Assembly: GCA_002269645.1 (NCBI GenBank)
Contig: NIVC01002362.1
Span: 1-64,000 of the forward strand
Direction: 5' to 3'
DNA from: Macrostomum lignano
Lineage: Eukaryota
Length of the DNA: 64,000 nucleotides
Of this stretch, positions 14,111 through 25,581 are shown in pieces; position 1 is the first letter of the stretch, and the number at the start of each line of letters is the position of its first letter. A model generated the notes under the pieces. That model had not been told where the DNA came from. It was given only the letters and a program-made list of their open reading frames with translations, and did not search any database. The translations under genes and the position numbers were made by a program.

Positions 14111-15655
14111 AGTACAACACGTATATTTAAAGTCCTGTGCCATCAGTTCATGATTACGACTTTTGACCTTGACTCTAGCTTTCAGTTAGGTGTCTCATGT
14201 GTCGTTGCAGAGTTTAAAATTTTAATAGAATGAAATTATGGGCACTGATCATTGTCTACTCAAAAAATTTTACGAATTTTGGTTAACTGATGTGGGTCTG
14301 TCATAATTAACCCTACAACAGCAAAAGCAGAGATGTTCTGCTTAATTGTTAGGACACTTGATTGCACATCTTTTATTATACACTAGTCTCAGAAAATTTT
14401 CATCATCTTTAAGGTAGCTACCGAATAAGTCACTCAAGAAGGTCACTTGTCCCGTCATATTTCGCCTTTTTTCTCCCCCCCCCCTTGGTGCAGCCTATCA
14501 GCTGATTGGCTGGGTTGGTCAGCGCGTCCCTACTCCTGAGATATTCAAGCTCCAGCAACCATACTCGTAACCGTACTCATAAATAGAAGGTCCACTGCGC
14601 GTCCCAGGACCCAGGCTCTACTATGTGACAGAAGGACCCGAACCGACCTCCGATATACTACACTAGAATTGTTGTGTTCTACTGTTGCTTGACAAGCATA
14701 AAAATGCAAAGCTTCACACCTATAGAAACAAAGTATCTATAGCTTGAGCAACCAACAATATACACGTACAACGTAAGTCACCAGTGAGGGCAGGAACACG
14801 AAAATTCCATTGTTTCAAAGTTTGCCAGCAGGAAAGACACGTCCGACGAAGTTGTCTGTTTAGAAAGATGCGCCTGAAAAAAAAATGGTATAGGGAGCAG
14901 CTCGTCTCCGTTCTTTAGACTCAGTACTTCTAAGTAAACGATGTCTCTTGTTTAGAGTTCAAGACTAGGGAAGCACCGTGCAGAGGCCAAGGCAGCCACT
15001 GCAGAGGCCTCACGAAATCTGCTTCAGCTGATCGAAGTCCGTTTAGTCAAGCTCGTCCCCAAGCGCCAACTCAGGCGATGAACATGAACTCTCGATCATT
15101 ATAGGTAAAAAATCTCTTTTGACAATCGATATGCCTGGCCTGGCGGGTCGTTCGAGCACTCAAATCGCTTCTCTTTTAATGTGCAACGGATCGCTTTGAA
15201 AGAGCTAATAGCCATGGCAATGTTTTCGACAAATAGCAGGAAGTATGATCAAACCACAGGTTATTAGTTACACCTAAACAACTGATTCAGACCTAAATCC
15301 TTGTATAATTAAGCCTTGTATTATATCCTTGTATAATTCTGATTTCTAGCTCAGACAAAATCAAACAAACGTCAGTCTCATTAGGAGTTCAGAAAACATT
15401 TTTTCTGTGATTAATTACCTAGCCTTTTGTAGCCAGATATTAGAAAGCTGAATGTCGACATCCATTCTTAGCTTGCAGAAGCAAAGCAAAAATTTAATTG
15501 GCAAAAATGCAGCCCAGAGAAAGGTAAAAGTCAATTGATTAAAGCCACTTGTCCCAGAACTGCCGAAAATTTAAAATATCAATACTATGATAATATAATA
15601 ATTGATTACACCTGTCCTAATGGGCAGATGAGCAACCGGCAGCTCAGCCGCAGCC

Positions 15656-15891
15656 ATTGCGCGGCGCATCTGAAGGCCGCGTACGGCTGTTCAGTCCAAG
15701 GACTGGGAGGTCGCCACACACCCTCAATTACCCCAGCTAATGCTGGCACCCATTTTACAGCTGGGTGAACTGAAGCAATGCAGAGTTAAGTGTCTTGCTC
15801 AAGGACACTATTTGTTCCGAGGGAGTCGAGAATCGAACCCCCGACCTTTCAGTCGTGAGTCCGACGCTCTGAACCACTAGACTACAAACCC
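15656..15891 (-). mobile_element. tRNA-derived SINE, copy 1
   Basis: The minus strand starts with a tRNA-like head (A box TAGTCTAGTGG, B box GGTTCGATTC), then GTGTCCTTGAGCAAGACACTTAAC and CACCCAGCTGTAAAATGGG, central motifs typical of conserved-core SINE superfamilies. Second copy at 17852-18085. Confidence 0.85.
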
Positions 15892-16929
15892 TTGTAAAAG
15901 TATCAATTTTAGAGTTGCAAACGCAGAGTTCAAACGACAGTTTGATATTTGGAGCAGTTTCTCTTCTGTGATTTTGTGAAAGTGATAGTTTAGCTCATAT
16001 TCGTGGTGATTTTTATTGATACGACCGTACTTTTAGTTGGTGGGCTGCTGCGTTTTTCTTGTTCCTATCAGCTTTAGATCTTAAATTAATCGATTAGTTT
16101 GTCAAACCTCGATTTTATTTTTGAGTCACTGATCGAAAAGACCCGAGAGTATCTTTAGTTAATTAATTGCTTTGCGTAAATTTTCATTGATGTAAGATAA
16201 TTATACATGTACGCTCGGGAACATTTGGGAATGCTTACACAGGTATAACCTTGTCAAAGCAAATACTTCAGCCGTAAAGTGTGGTAGGCTCAGGAACGAT
16301 GAGAGCTATGCTAAGGTTGGGGCATTGATTAAGTGCCGAACGGACCAAATTTTATTGGCCGTTAACACCTGGCGACTCAGCTTGCTTATAAAACTATCCT
16401 GATCGTTACACGCCGAGTTGTCACAGGATTTTTAGTTCGCCTACCGTTGAGCAGGCTGCAACTCCCAGACAGCAGATAGGCAGTTGCTCAGTGTCTTTCC
16501 CTCATCGGATTGCATCTCTACATTGTCTACATTTGAGCCAATCGAAGCCCTGACCTCCTGGATTGCAGAGCCGCGACTTTTTAAGCCATCAAAATTCGAT
16601 CCAAGAACGATTGTTGAAACTTTATCCAGGTTGGCACCGTGAGAAGAAAGATGTGGAGCAGATACAGAATGATTTTACCTTGTATGCGCGAGACTTTTGC
16701 ACCGACAAATTTGCTGGCAAAATTACCTATGAAATGATTCAGTCGCTGCAGAATCATGCCTTACCGGATGAGGGATGCGAGATGGAGACAAAACGCTTCT
16801 GAATGTGATGGACCCTGAAAGAAGTTTCTATAGTCTTACAGACAAAAGAGGGGGTGAACAAAGCTGCAGTAGAACAAAACTATATTTAGTGCATAGTAAG
16901 AACTACAAGCATGGATGTGTACTTTTGTG

Positions 16930-16932
<3 letters not shown>

Positions 16933-16979
<47 letters not shown>

Positions 16980-16980
16980 T
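16933..16980. repeat. (AAT)n microsatellite
   Basis: Read directly. Confidence 0.95.
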
Positions 16981-17851
16981 ATGATAAATACAGTATGCGA
17001 TATGGCAACTAAATTAGGCCCTAGACAAACATATTTTTTAGCGTTCAGAGATTTTAAACTATTGGCCCTATTGCCTATCGCCGGTCGGCGAGTTCTACCA
17101 ATCTTTCTCCGATAGTTGCAGGTACGGTACAAGTAAAGAAGAAATACGGGTGAAAACGATTCAAGCAGATTTAGAGAGTGATAATCCTAGTTCAAGAATG
17201 GCTAGTAATTGACTTAGACGCTTTAATTTAGTTAATTCAAATCAATTACAACTGAATATGCAAACTCGCGACACAGATAAATTCGAGCAAAGATAATAAC
17301 GACAACAATAACGATAATTAATTAGTTACGCAACTGGCGAGCAGATCTCAGCTTTGAAGAAAAAGAAAGACCGAACAGGACCACGGAGAAAGACTCCTAA
17401 ACACTGGCCTAACCCAGAACCTACTCTCAAACGAGAGCCCTGACAAATTGACAGTTCAGCGGAGCTCTGGCTAAGTTCTACCAGCGCTGCCCTTCAGTGC
17501 GACACTGAGGCCCTCGGGGTCGAGGCCACGTACTTTATCAAATCCGCCTGTTTCTATCTAAACCGCGTTTGATAACGACGCCTTCAGACAGGGTTGCCGT
17601 AGGCGTTACGTCACAAGACTGGTGCGGTTGGGTGAGGAACTTCTAACCTGCTTACGCAAAACAAACTCTAAACTAAGAGAAAAAAGTACATTGAAATGCG
17701 TGACCAAATAAGCAAAATAATAATTAACAATATGGAAACTAACTAATAAAATGCAAACTACACAAAAGATGCTCACACCACAACAATAACAATAATAATA
17801 TAAGAATAATAACTCATAAAATATTAATTATAATTGATTCAATCTTGCCTA

Positions 17852-18085
17852 ATTGCGCGGCGCATCTGAAGGCCGCGTACGGCTGTTCAGTCCAAGGACT
17901 GGGGGGTCGCCACACAGCCTCAATTACCCCAGCTAATGCTGGCACCCATTTTACAGCTGGGTGAACTGAAGCAATGCAGAGTTAAGTGTCTTTGCTCAAA
18001 GACACAAATTGTCCGGATTGGGTCGAGAGTCGAACCCCCGATATTTCGGTCGAGAGTCCAACGATCTAACCACTAGGTACAACCC
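17852..18085 (-). mobile_element. tRNA-derived SINE, copy 2
   Basis: High similarity to 15656-15891. B box GGTTCGACTC is present on the minus strand. Confidence 0.85.
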
Positions 18086-18604
18086 ACTTTTATGGATAAT
18101 TATAGCTCGTACAAGCGATTGCTGACTATACTACATAATGTTTCAAGATTTGCATATCGGCCAGCGAATAATGGAGACGATTAAATTTAGTAGCCTGACA
18201 TTCAAGTGCAATTGATGCTTTTGAGAAAGCAAATAAGTAAGATCAGGTTAAAAAGTACTGAAGAAGCAGACTTAGCTTGACTGTTGAAGATTCTTTTTTG
18301 CTCGTAAACAGAGCGAGTTTGTCTTTTTCAGTGCATGCTTGAATGAAGATTGGAAATTAATTTGACGTGGAACTTTTTCCATTTGCGACAAATGCTTCGT
18401 AAAATTCAAACTCACAAAATTGTAGCCGCCAATTGCGCCGACTGCTGCCAACTGCGCCGACCAAATGCGCCGACTATATTTCGGATTCCCCTCGCCTAAT
18501 AGGATTTCCCTAGCCCATAGACCATAGAATATATGAACATTTATCATGCAGCACTAGCGTGACAGATTTCCCCTATGCACATATACAAGCCATAGACAAG
18601 AACT

Positions 18605-19430
18605 CATCGGCGCATTTGGTCGGCGCAGTTGGCAGCAGTTGGCGCATTTGGCTGACGCATTTGGTCGGCGCATTTGGTCGGCGCATTTGGTCTATATGTT
18701 AGACAAGCCAATGAGAAGCCGGCGCATTTGGTCGGCGCATTTGGTCAATATGTTAGACAAGCCAATCAGAAGCCGGCGCATTTGGTCGGCGCATTTGGTC
18801 GGCGCATTTGGTCAATATGTTAGACAAGCCAATCAGAAGCCGGCGCATTTGGTCGGCGCATTTGGTCGGCGCATTTGGTCTATATGTTAGACAAGCCAAT
18901 GAGAAGCCGGCGCATTTGGTCGGCGCATTTGGTCAATATGTTAGACAAGCCAATCAGAAGCCGGCGCATTTGGTCGGCGCATTTGGTCGGCGCATTTGGT
19001 CTATATGTTAGACAAGCCAATGAGAAGCCGGCGCATTTGGTCGGCGCATTTGGTCAATATGTTAGACAAGCCAATCAGAAGCCGGCGCATTTGGTCGGCG
19101 CATTTGGTCGGCGCATTTGGTCTATATGTTAGACAAGCCAATGAGAAGCCGGCGCATTTGGTCGGCGCATTTGGTCAATATGTTAGACAAGCCAATCAGA
19201 AGCCGGCGCATTTGGTCGGCGCATTTGGTCGGCGCATTTGGTCGGCGCATTTGGTCTATATGTTAGACAAGCCAATGAGAAGCCGGCGCATTTGGTCAGC
19301 GAATTTGGTCAATATGTTAGACAAGCCAATGAGAACTCGGCGCATTTGGCTGACGCATTTGGTCGGCGCATTTGACTGGCGCATTTGGTCGGTGCATTTG
19401 GCTATTGTACATGGCTGACGCAATTGATTG
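18605..19430. repeat. Higher-order tandem array, 121-bp period, built of 13-bp GGCGCATTTGGTC subunits and two 28-bp spacer variants containing AGCCAAT(C/G)AG
   Basis: Read directly. An inverted partial copy lies at 18428-18475. Confidence 0.93.
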
Positions 19431-19685
19431 GTGTACTTGGTTGATGTACTCCTATGTCTTAACACATTGATGTTTTAATCCCCCCCTTCGTGCTTTAGTG
19501 GTGGGGTTTTGACCTCGTATGCTTTAATACTGGCGTTTTGACCTATATAATTTAACACTCTGGCGGTTTGACTTCGTATGCTTTAACATTGGTTAAACAT
19601 TGGTGAGATATTTTTTATCTCGCTTGATTTTTTGCTTTTAACACCCATTTCGCCCCCGTTCCTTCATATTGGCTGAAAGCATATT

Positions 19686-19885
19686 TTGATGCGAGCTCAT
19701 ACTATGCTGGGGTAGACATTCAGAGGGGAACGAAAAACGAGAAGAAAATACTTTGTCTATGGCAGTCGCGAGTCGATAGGAAAGAACGGGGGAGGGGGGG
19801 GGAGGATGTTAAAAGTTGAGATTGAGCGAGATAAAAATAACTGGCTCAGATTAGCACTCCATTCTATTCTTTCCGCCATGGATCA
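19686..19885 (+). repeat. About 200-bp dispersed direct repeat, copy A (diverged partner at 43921-44125)
   Basis: Shared blocks include GATGCGAGCT..TACTATGCTG, AAAATACTTTGTC.ATGGCAGTC.CGAG and GAGCGAGATAAAAATAACTGGCT.AGATTAGCA.TCCA. Confidence 0.85.
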
Positions 19886-20099
19886 GACACCAAGGCCTGT
19901 ACAAAATCGGTCTCAGCTAGACCTATTTGCCATAGATATAAGAATTTGTATCTCGCGTTTTTACTGTTATTTTAAATTGACAAACCTTATACGGAATTCT
20001 TTCTTCCTTTTTTTGCATATTCTTTGTTCGTAACCTAACTGCTATAAGCATAGAAATTTAGAAATTTATTTATATTATATTATTATATTAGTCAACATA

Positions 20100-20183
20100 A
20101 TGGCCGACAATCACCGTAGCGACAACGCGGCGTGTCCTGTTTGCGCACAGTTGTTTAGTCAGCGGAGTATGGCGCGTCATCTA
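20100..20183 (+). CDS. Possible first micro-exon encoding half of a C2H2-like zinc finger (MADNHRSDNAACPVCAQLFSQRSMARHL)
   Basis: ATG at 20100, CxxC...F...H pattern, GTAAGA donor at 20184. No downstream exon identified. Confidence 0.3.
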
Positions 20184-21120
20184 GTAAGACTAGTAAGAAT
20201 AGATTTTGAATTTGAGTTTTGGAACTCAGGGCATACAGGCAAAAAAAAAATAGAAAAATTCACATAAGCGACACTATATGAATGTATCTATTATTATTTA
20301 TTTATTTATTTATTTATTACATAGTATAAACATAGATAAGCCTAGTATTCTATGGCCTAGGCATATCTTATATGCCTATAATGGCTAAATAGGCATAATT
20401 GGCAACAATAATTGGCCGCGTCATTGAGTCCTTCTATAATACAGTTCTGGCTAAGGTCATTCAATGACCTGGCCGGCCTGATGCAAATGTAGATGTCGAC
20501 GCAGGCATCCACGCCGTCCTCATAACGATAGCAGCATATTCCATAATCTATATTCCATATTCCGCGTCATTGAGTCCTTCTATTATGCAGTTCTGGCTAA
20601 GGTCATTCAATGTCGGCGCAGGTATCCACGCCGTCCTCATAGCAGTAGCGGCATGCATAGTACTCCTCCAGATCGATAGCAGAATATTCCATTATAATAT
20701 ATATTTTATATTACAGAATCCATATTCCATAGTACTTCCGATCGGTTAGCGTTCAGGTGGCTGTCCACTTCATGTTCCATGAGCTGCGCACCACCAAGTA
20801 GCCTTGCGTTGTATTCATAACTGACGCCCCAATTAGTCGCTTGTGCGCCCGCTATGCTACCTGATTTACATACATCCGTTCCCAATCTGGTAATTGCCGG
20901 TCTTGATTGTTAAGACTGTTTGCGATAAATATGAAGAATATAATAGATAAATGATAAATTTGTAGGTTTGTAGCACTCCACCAGATTGGCTCGCCGTTCA
21001 AGGATCGGATGCTGGCCATAATGCCTGGCCGGCCTGATGCAAATGTAGATGTCGGCGCAGGCATCCACGCCGTCCTCATAATGGTAGCGGCATAGCAGCT
21101 ATAGTATAGCACAACAATTT

Positions 21121-21270
21121 CCATTTGGGGTGGCCGGCGCTGGTTGCACCCATGCATTCTATTTGGTGTGGCCAGCGCTGGTTAAATTTACGCATTATGT
21201 TGAGGGTGGCCAGCGCTGGCTGCATTGATGCATTCTATTTGGGGTGGCCAGCGCTGGCTACATTTATTCA
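21121..21270 (+). repeat. About 39-bp tandem repeat (GGGGTGGCCAGCGCTGGCTGCATT...), about 4 copies; the same unit recurs at 23040-23150
   Basis: Read directly at both sites. Confidence 0.85.
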
Positions 21271-21374
21271 TAATGTTGGGAGCGCCCGACTGTAGCGAGC
21301 AAGCCGAATGACTGTCAGCTTGGATCCAATGAGTATAATATTATATACATTGGTTTCTGCAATAGAGATCTGTA

Positions 21375-22057
21375 TATATTTGTGATATCCTTGTTAATTC
21401 CATGTTAATTAGGGTAGGGAACAAATCAATATAGTTGTTATAGCCAACGAAACTATGGCTGGTCCATGATCAGTTCTGCGAATTTGTGCACTTATATAAT
21501 GTGCATATATTTGTGTTATCCTTGTTAATTAGGGCAGGGAATAAATCAATATAGTTGTTATAGCCAATGAAACTATGGCTGGTCCATGATCAGTTCTGCG
21601 AATTTGTGCACTTATATAATGTGCATATATTTGTGTTATCCTTGTTAATTAGGACAGTGAACAAACCACTAGAGTTGTTACAGCCAATGAAACTATGGCT
21701 GGTCCATGATTAGCTCTGCGAATTTGTGCACTTATATAATGTGCATATATTTGTGTTATCCTTGTTAATTAGGACAGTGAACAAACCACTAGAGTTGTTA
21801 CAGCCAATGAAACTATGGCTGGTCCATCATCAGCTCTGCGAATTTGTGCACTTATATACTGTGCATATATTTGTGTTATCCTTGTTAATTAGGGCAGGGA
21901 ATAAATCAATATAGTTGTTATAGCCAATGAAACTATGGCTGGTCCATGATCAGTTCTGCGAATTTGTGCACTTATATACTGTGCATATATTTGTGTTATA
22001 CTTGTTAATTAGGGCAGGGAATAAATCAATATAGTTGTTACAGCCAATGAAACTATA
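21375..22057 (+). repeat. 120-bp tandem repeat, about 5.5 copies
   Basis: TTGTGCACTTATA recurs at 21484, 21604, 21724, 21844 and 21964. Confidence 0.95.
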
Positions 22058-22314
22058 GAATATTAAATTGATTGTCGATGCACATCCAGTATGTCGGATC
22101 CGTTGTCAAACCAATGCGATGGTCATATGCGCTGTAGCAGTCTTGTCGGAAAGTCTCAATAGAAAATATGTCATACATTGACATAGATTACCTTTGTAAC
22201 AAATAGCATAAAATAAAATAAAATAGATAATATATAGGTAGATAGATAGACATTTCAATATGGTCAAAAAACTTGTCAGCTAAACAGATTGCTGGAAGCC
22301 AATCCAATCGATCA

Positions 22315-22829
22315 CTATTGCTGCTGCTGCTGCTGTTGCTGCTGCGGCTGCTGCTGCTTGGCGGTGTGCCATGCCCACAACTCCGTCCACCAGACGCAAC
22401 CAGCGGTGCCGGTAGACTCTGACTCATCCACAACCAGGCAGCCCTGCTCGATCAGCGACTCAGCGAAGTCGACCCCGGCAGCATCGCAGAGGGCCACTCG
22501 CCAGACCTCCGCCTCGTCAGTAGCAGAGCGTCCGGTTTCAACAGTCATCAGCCTGACTGTCCATTCCCGGCCGTCGTTGGCTCAGAGAGCGGCGCAGAGA
22601 GTCTGTGAGTGCGATGCGGCGAAGGCGTCGGCGGTGCGCACGAGCGTCAGGCGGCATGCGTGGGCGAACGGCGCCAGAGGCGGCGACTGCAGCTCGGCGG
22701 GCAGAGGCGCCAGCTCGGAAGTTGCGGTGGCTTCGTCATTGCAGAAGTCAACGAAGCGCACAGTGAGGTTGCGACTGCCGGCCGGGTCGGTACAGTGTGT
22801 GACGGTACCATTGACCGTAATGGGAAAAT
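22315..22829 (-). pseudogene. Extended Tudor domain (TDRD-like) terminal exon with one in-frame TGA at 22582-22584
   Basis: CAG acceptor at 22832-22830. LTVRFVDFCNDEATATSELAPLPAELQSPPLAPFAHACRL matches the Tudor V.FVDYGN.E....L..LP..L..P..A..C.L pattern. After the TGA the same frame continues to VALCDAAGVDFAESLIEQG (SN-fold end), then poly-Q and a stop. Confidence 0.7.
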
Positions 22830-22841
22830 CTGACCGCGAAC

Positions 22842-22842
<1 letters not shown>

Positions 22843-22917
<75 letters not shown>
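22843..22917. repeat. (CA)n microsatellite
   Basis: Read directly. Confidence 0.97.
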
Positions 22918-22920
<3 letters not shown>

Positions 22921-23849
22921 TCGTTTGAGTCTCTGAGCTGAAGTTTCAGCCTGTGACAATACAATAGCCTCTGACTTCAAATTCCAAGTCCAATTCAGAA
23001 GTCCAATATCGCTGGCTGACTGGCTGGTTAAACTTGTGCATTATGTTGGGTGTGGCCAGCGTTGGCTGCATTTACGCATTATGTTGGGGGTGGCCAGCGC
23101 TGGCTGCATTTATGCATTCTCTTTGGGGGTGGCCAGCGCTGGCTGCATCTTTGAGGTGGTATTTTGTATTTATTATATGTGGATTGAAATCGTAACATGC
23201 ATTCATTCAATGTAGCCTTCCAGGTATAACCACATTATCTGTGTAATGTTTATCATAATTAATATCGTTAGTATAAATGTATATTCTTCGCGAATATACA
23301 ACTATAAATTTTAAGGACATTTGTATATAAATTAGCATTTGCATAAATTAGCATAAATAAGGACATTTGTATATAAAATTTGTAAATAACTACACACACT
23401 ATGGCACACAATTTCCAACTTGATTCAACTTGACTGGATTCAATGCAAACAGTAGGTCGATTCCTTTTATTATTGTTGTCGATATATTTAGTGTTATTTA
23501 TCATTTATCGAGACGTGCATAACATAATGCTCACCGTTTCCTTAATTTTTCATACATCTCTTAATGCGGAGAAAAATGATTCATAGACACGAAAACATTG
23601 CCAATCTATCTTTCATTGGTCGATCGATTGCAATTGCACTTGCATTGGCTACTGTTGTCAGCTTACAAAGAGGAATACTCGACAATCCAACTGAGTGCCA
23701 TCGATCAATGTGCAACACCGGACAAAGAGTCCGGACTAACCATAATAGACACACAAAGACGTATACGATTTTTATATGTTTGAAATTTACATTATAACAA
23801 TAAATTAACGCACAATTTACACTTCAGCTACAATCGGACAAGTCGTTCT

Positions 23850-24172
23850 ATAAGGTCAGTTCTGCAGTCCGAGGCCCTGGCCCGTCCTAGCGATCTGCTG
23901 CGCCGTCGGCGACTCCAGCTGTCAGGCCACGTCATCCGCGCCGAGGCCTACTGTCCGGAGCCGGTGCAGGCGGTGTTGCTACTTACGTTGCAAGCACCAT
24001 ACACACGGGGACAGACGAGGACTCGGCGCTATGTCGACTGTCTGATGGCTGACGCCGGCGCCCCGGACTCTGTCGGCGGTGCGGCCTGTGTTCGCGCCCA
24101 AGTTTCGAAGCGCGCCATCTGACGCTGATTTTGCGAACTGGCAGCGTACTCTGTTGTTGTTATGTTGTTGTT
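23850..24172 (+). mobile_element. 5'-truncated 3' end of the same RTE-like non-LTR family with a (TGT)n tail
   Basis: Hand translation gives RRRLQLSGHVIRAEAYCPEPVQAVLLLTLQAPYTRGQTRTRRYVDCLMADAG. Homologous to 13829-14110. Confidence 0.7.
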
Positions 24173-24410
24173 AATCACGCAGGAAATCGATAATTACACG
24201 ATCGTCTGGCCGAACTACATATTCGAAATCGCCTAATTCAACTCATTAATTATACAAACGCATCCGAATGTATTTCGAGCATTTCAATGTTTTTTTATTT
24301 GAATGTTTACGCGTTACAGACCAACAGTTTATCTACAAGACAGTCGGTTAATCGAACTGTCTATCCATCAGACTATACGTCATCGTGTCTGTATGTCTGT
24401 CTGTATGCCT

Positions 24411-24412
24411 AG

Positions 24413-24490
<78 letters not shown>

Positions 24491-24512
24491 GTCTGTCTGT
24501 CTATCTGTCTAT
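24411..24512. repeat. (TATC)n / (GTCT)n microsatellite
   Basis: Read directly. Confidence 0.93.
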
Positions 24513-25129
24513 CTAAGTTTCTTCATTTGTATCGCTACCAAAGAAACCAAAGAAACTTTAGGCTGCACGGCAACTGCTATCCGTCAACTAGGCCTCTCAT
24601 TCTAGCAACATCAGCATCAGGCGCTGCGCGATGGTGTAGCGATACCCCACACCATCTCACGCCAAGTCTTAGATCGAGGTTGTTTTTTTTTCTACAGCTC
24701 AGTCGCTCATTCTAACAGCAACAACAACAGACGCTGCGCGCGATGGTGTAGCGTTACGCCACGTCCCATGCCCACTCACAGTCTATTGCGCTCTCACGCG
24801 TGCCAGCGAGTCAGCTTGGTGACAATTCTCTCCAAATCGATAATTGCTTCTCACGTTTCACCAACAGGCTGCAGTCGGTGGCGGCAAAGGCGGCAAATCC
24901 GCTACAAATAAATCCATTGGAATATATATCATACTAAGCATCAGTGAATCGATACAATACTTGTTATTGCTGCTAGTGCGTTGCTACTGCGATTCCACGA
25001 CCTCGATACTGTAAACATAGTCACACGATTCGTTTGTTTACACAGTATACTACTTGCAGTTTATCCACGCAGAGTTTCCAAGATATCACACCGCGGTTCC
25101 CCATACAGATTAGTATGAAGAAGAAGATT

Positions 25130-25349
25130 CATCCCCCAGATAGTAAGCATCCCCCAGATAGTAAGCATCCCCCAGATAGTAAGCATCCCCCAGATAGTAA
25201 GCATCCCCCAGATAGTAAGCACCCCCCAGATGGTAAGCATCCCCCAGATAGCAAGCACCCCCCAGATAGTAGGCATCCCCAGATAGTAGGCATCCCTCAT
25301 ACAGCAGGCATCCCCAGATAGTAGGCATCCCTCATACAGCAGGCATCCT
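25130..25349 (+). repeat. 18-bp tandem array GCATCCCCCAGATAGTAA, about 12 copies, part of the left inverted-repeat arm
   Basis: Read directly. Related to 1-430 and to the reverse complement of 30580-30654. Confidence 0.92.
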
Positions 25350-25369
25350 AATAGAGAAAAAAAAATTTA

Positions 25370-25437
25370 TGCGAAAAATTTTCTAAGTCAAAATAATTTT
25401 GACACTTAGAGAAATTTCACATTTCTCGAGAGAGCGC
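25370..25437 (+). repeat. Left arm of a near-perfect 65-bp inverted repeat (partner 30154-30224) containing an internal hairpin CTAAGTCAAAA-TAA-TTTTGACACTTAG
   Basis: The reverse complement of GCGAAAAATTTTCTAAGTC...CACATTTCTCGAGAGAGCG matches 30154-30224. Confidence 0.9.
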
Positions 25438-25581
25438 AGCGGTACCCCAGAAAAAAAACTCGGCTGTGACAGGTAAGTGGTTGGGTTGGGGTTGTGAATA
25501 ATGATAGTGATAGGTAGGTAGATTGGGTGGGTTAGTTAGTTAGTTAGTCAGTTAGTCAATCGGTATGCTATATGAGTACTA

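Noticed and set aside
16563-16900. Coding-looking 79-aa ORF and continuation
   Set aside because: No recognisable motif or splice support.
18605-19430. CRISPR-like repeat/spacer appearance
   Set aside because: The spacers are just two alternating near-identical sequences in a eukaryotic context with no cas genes.
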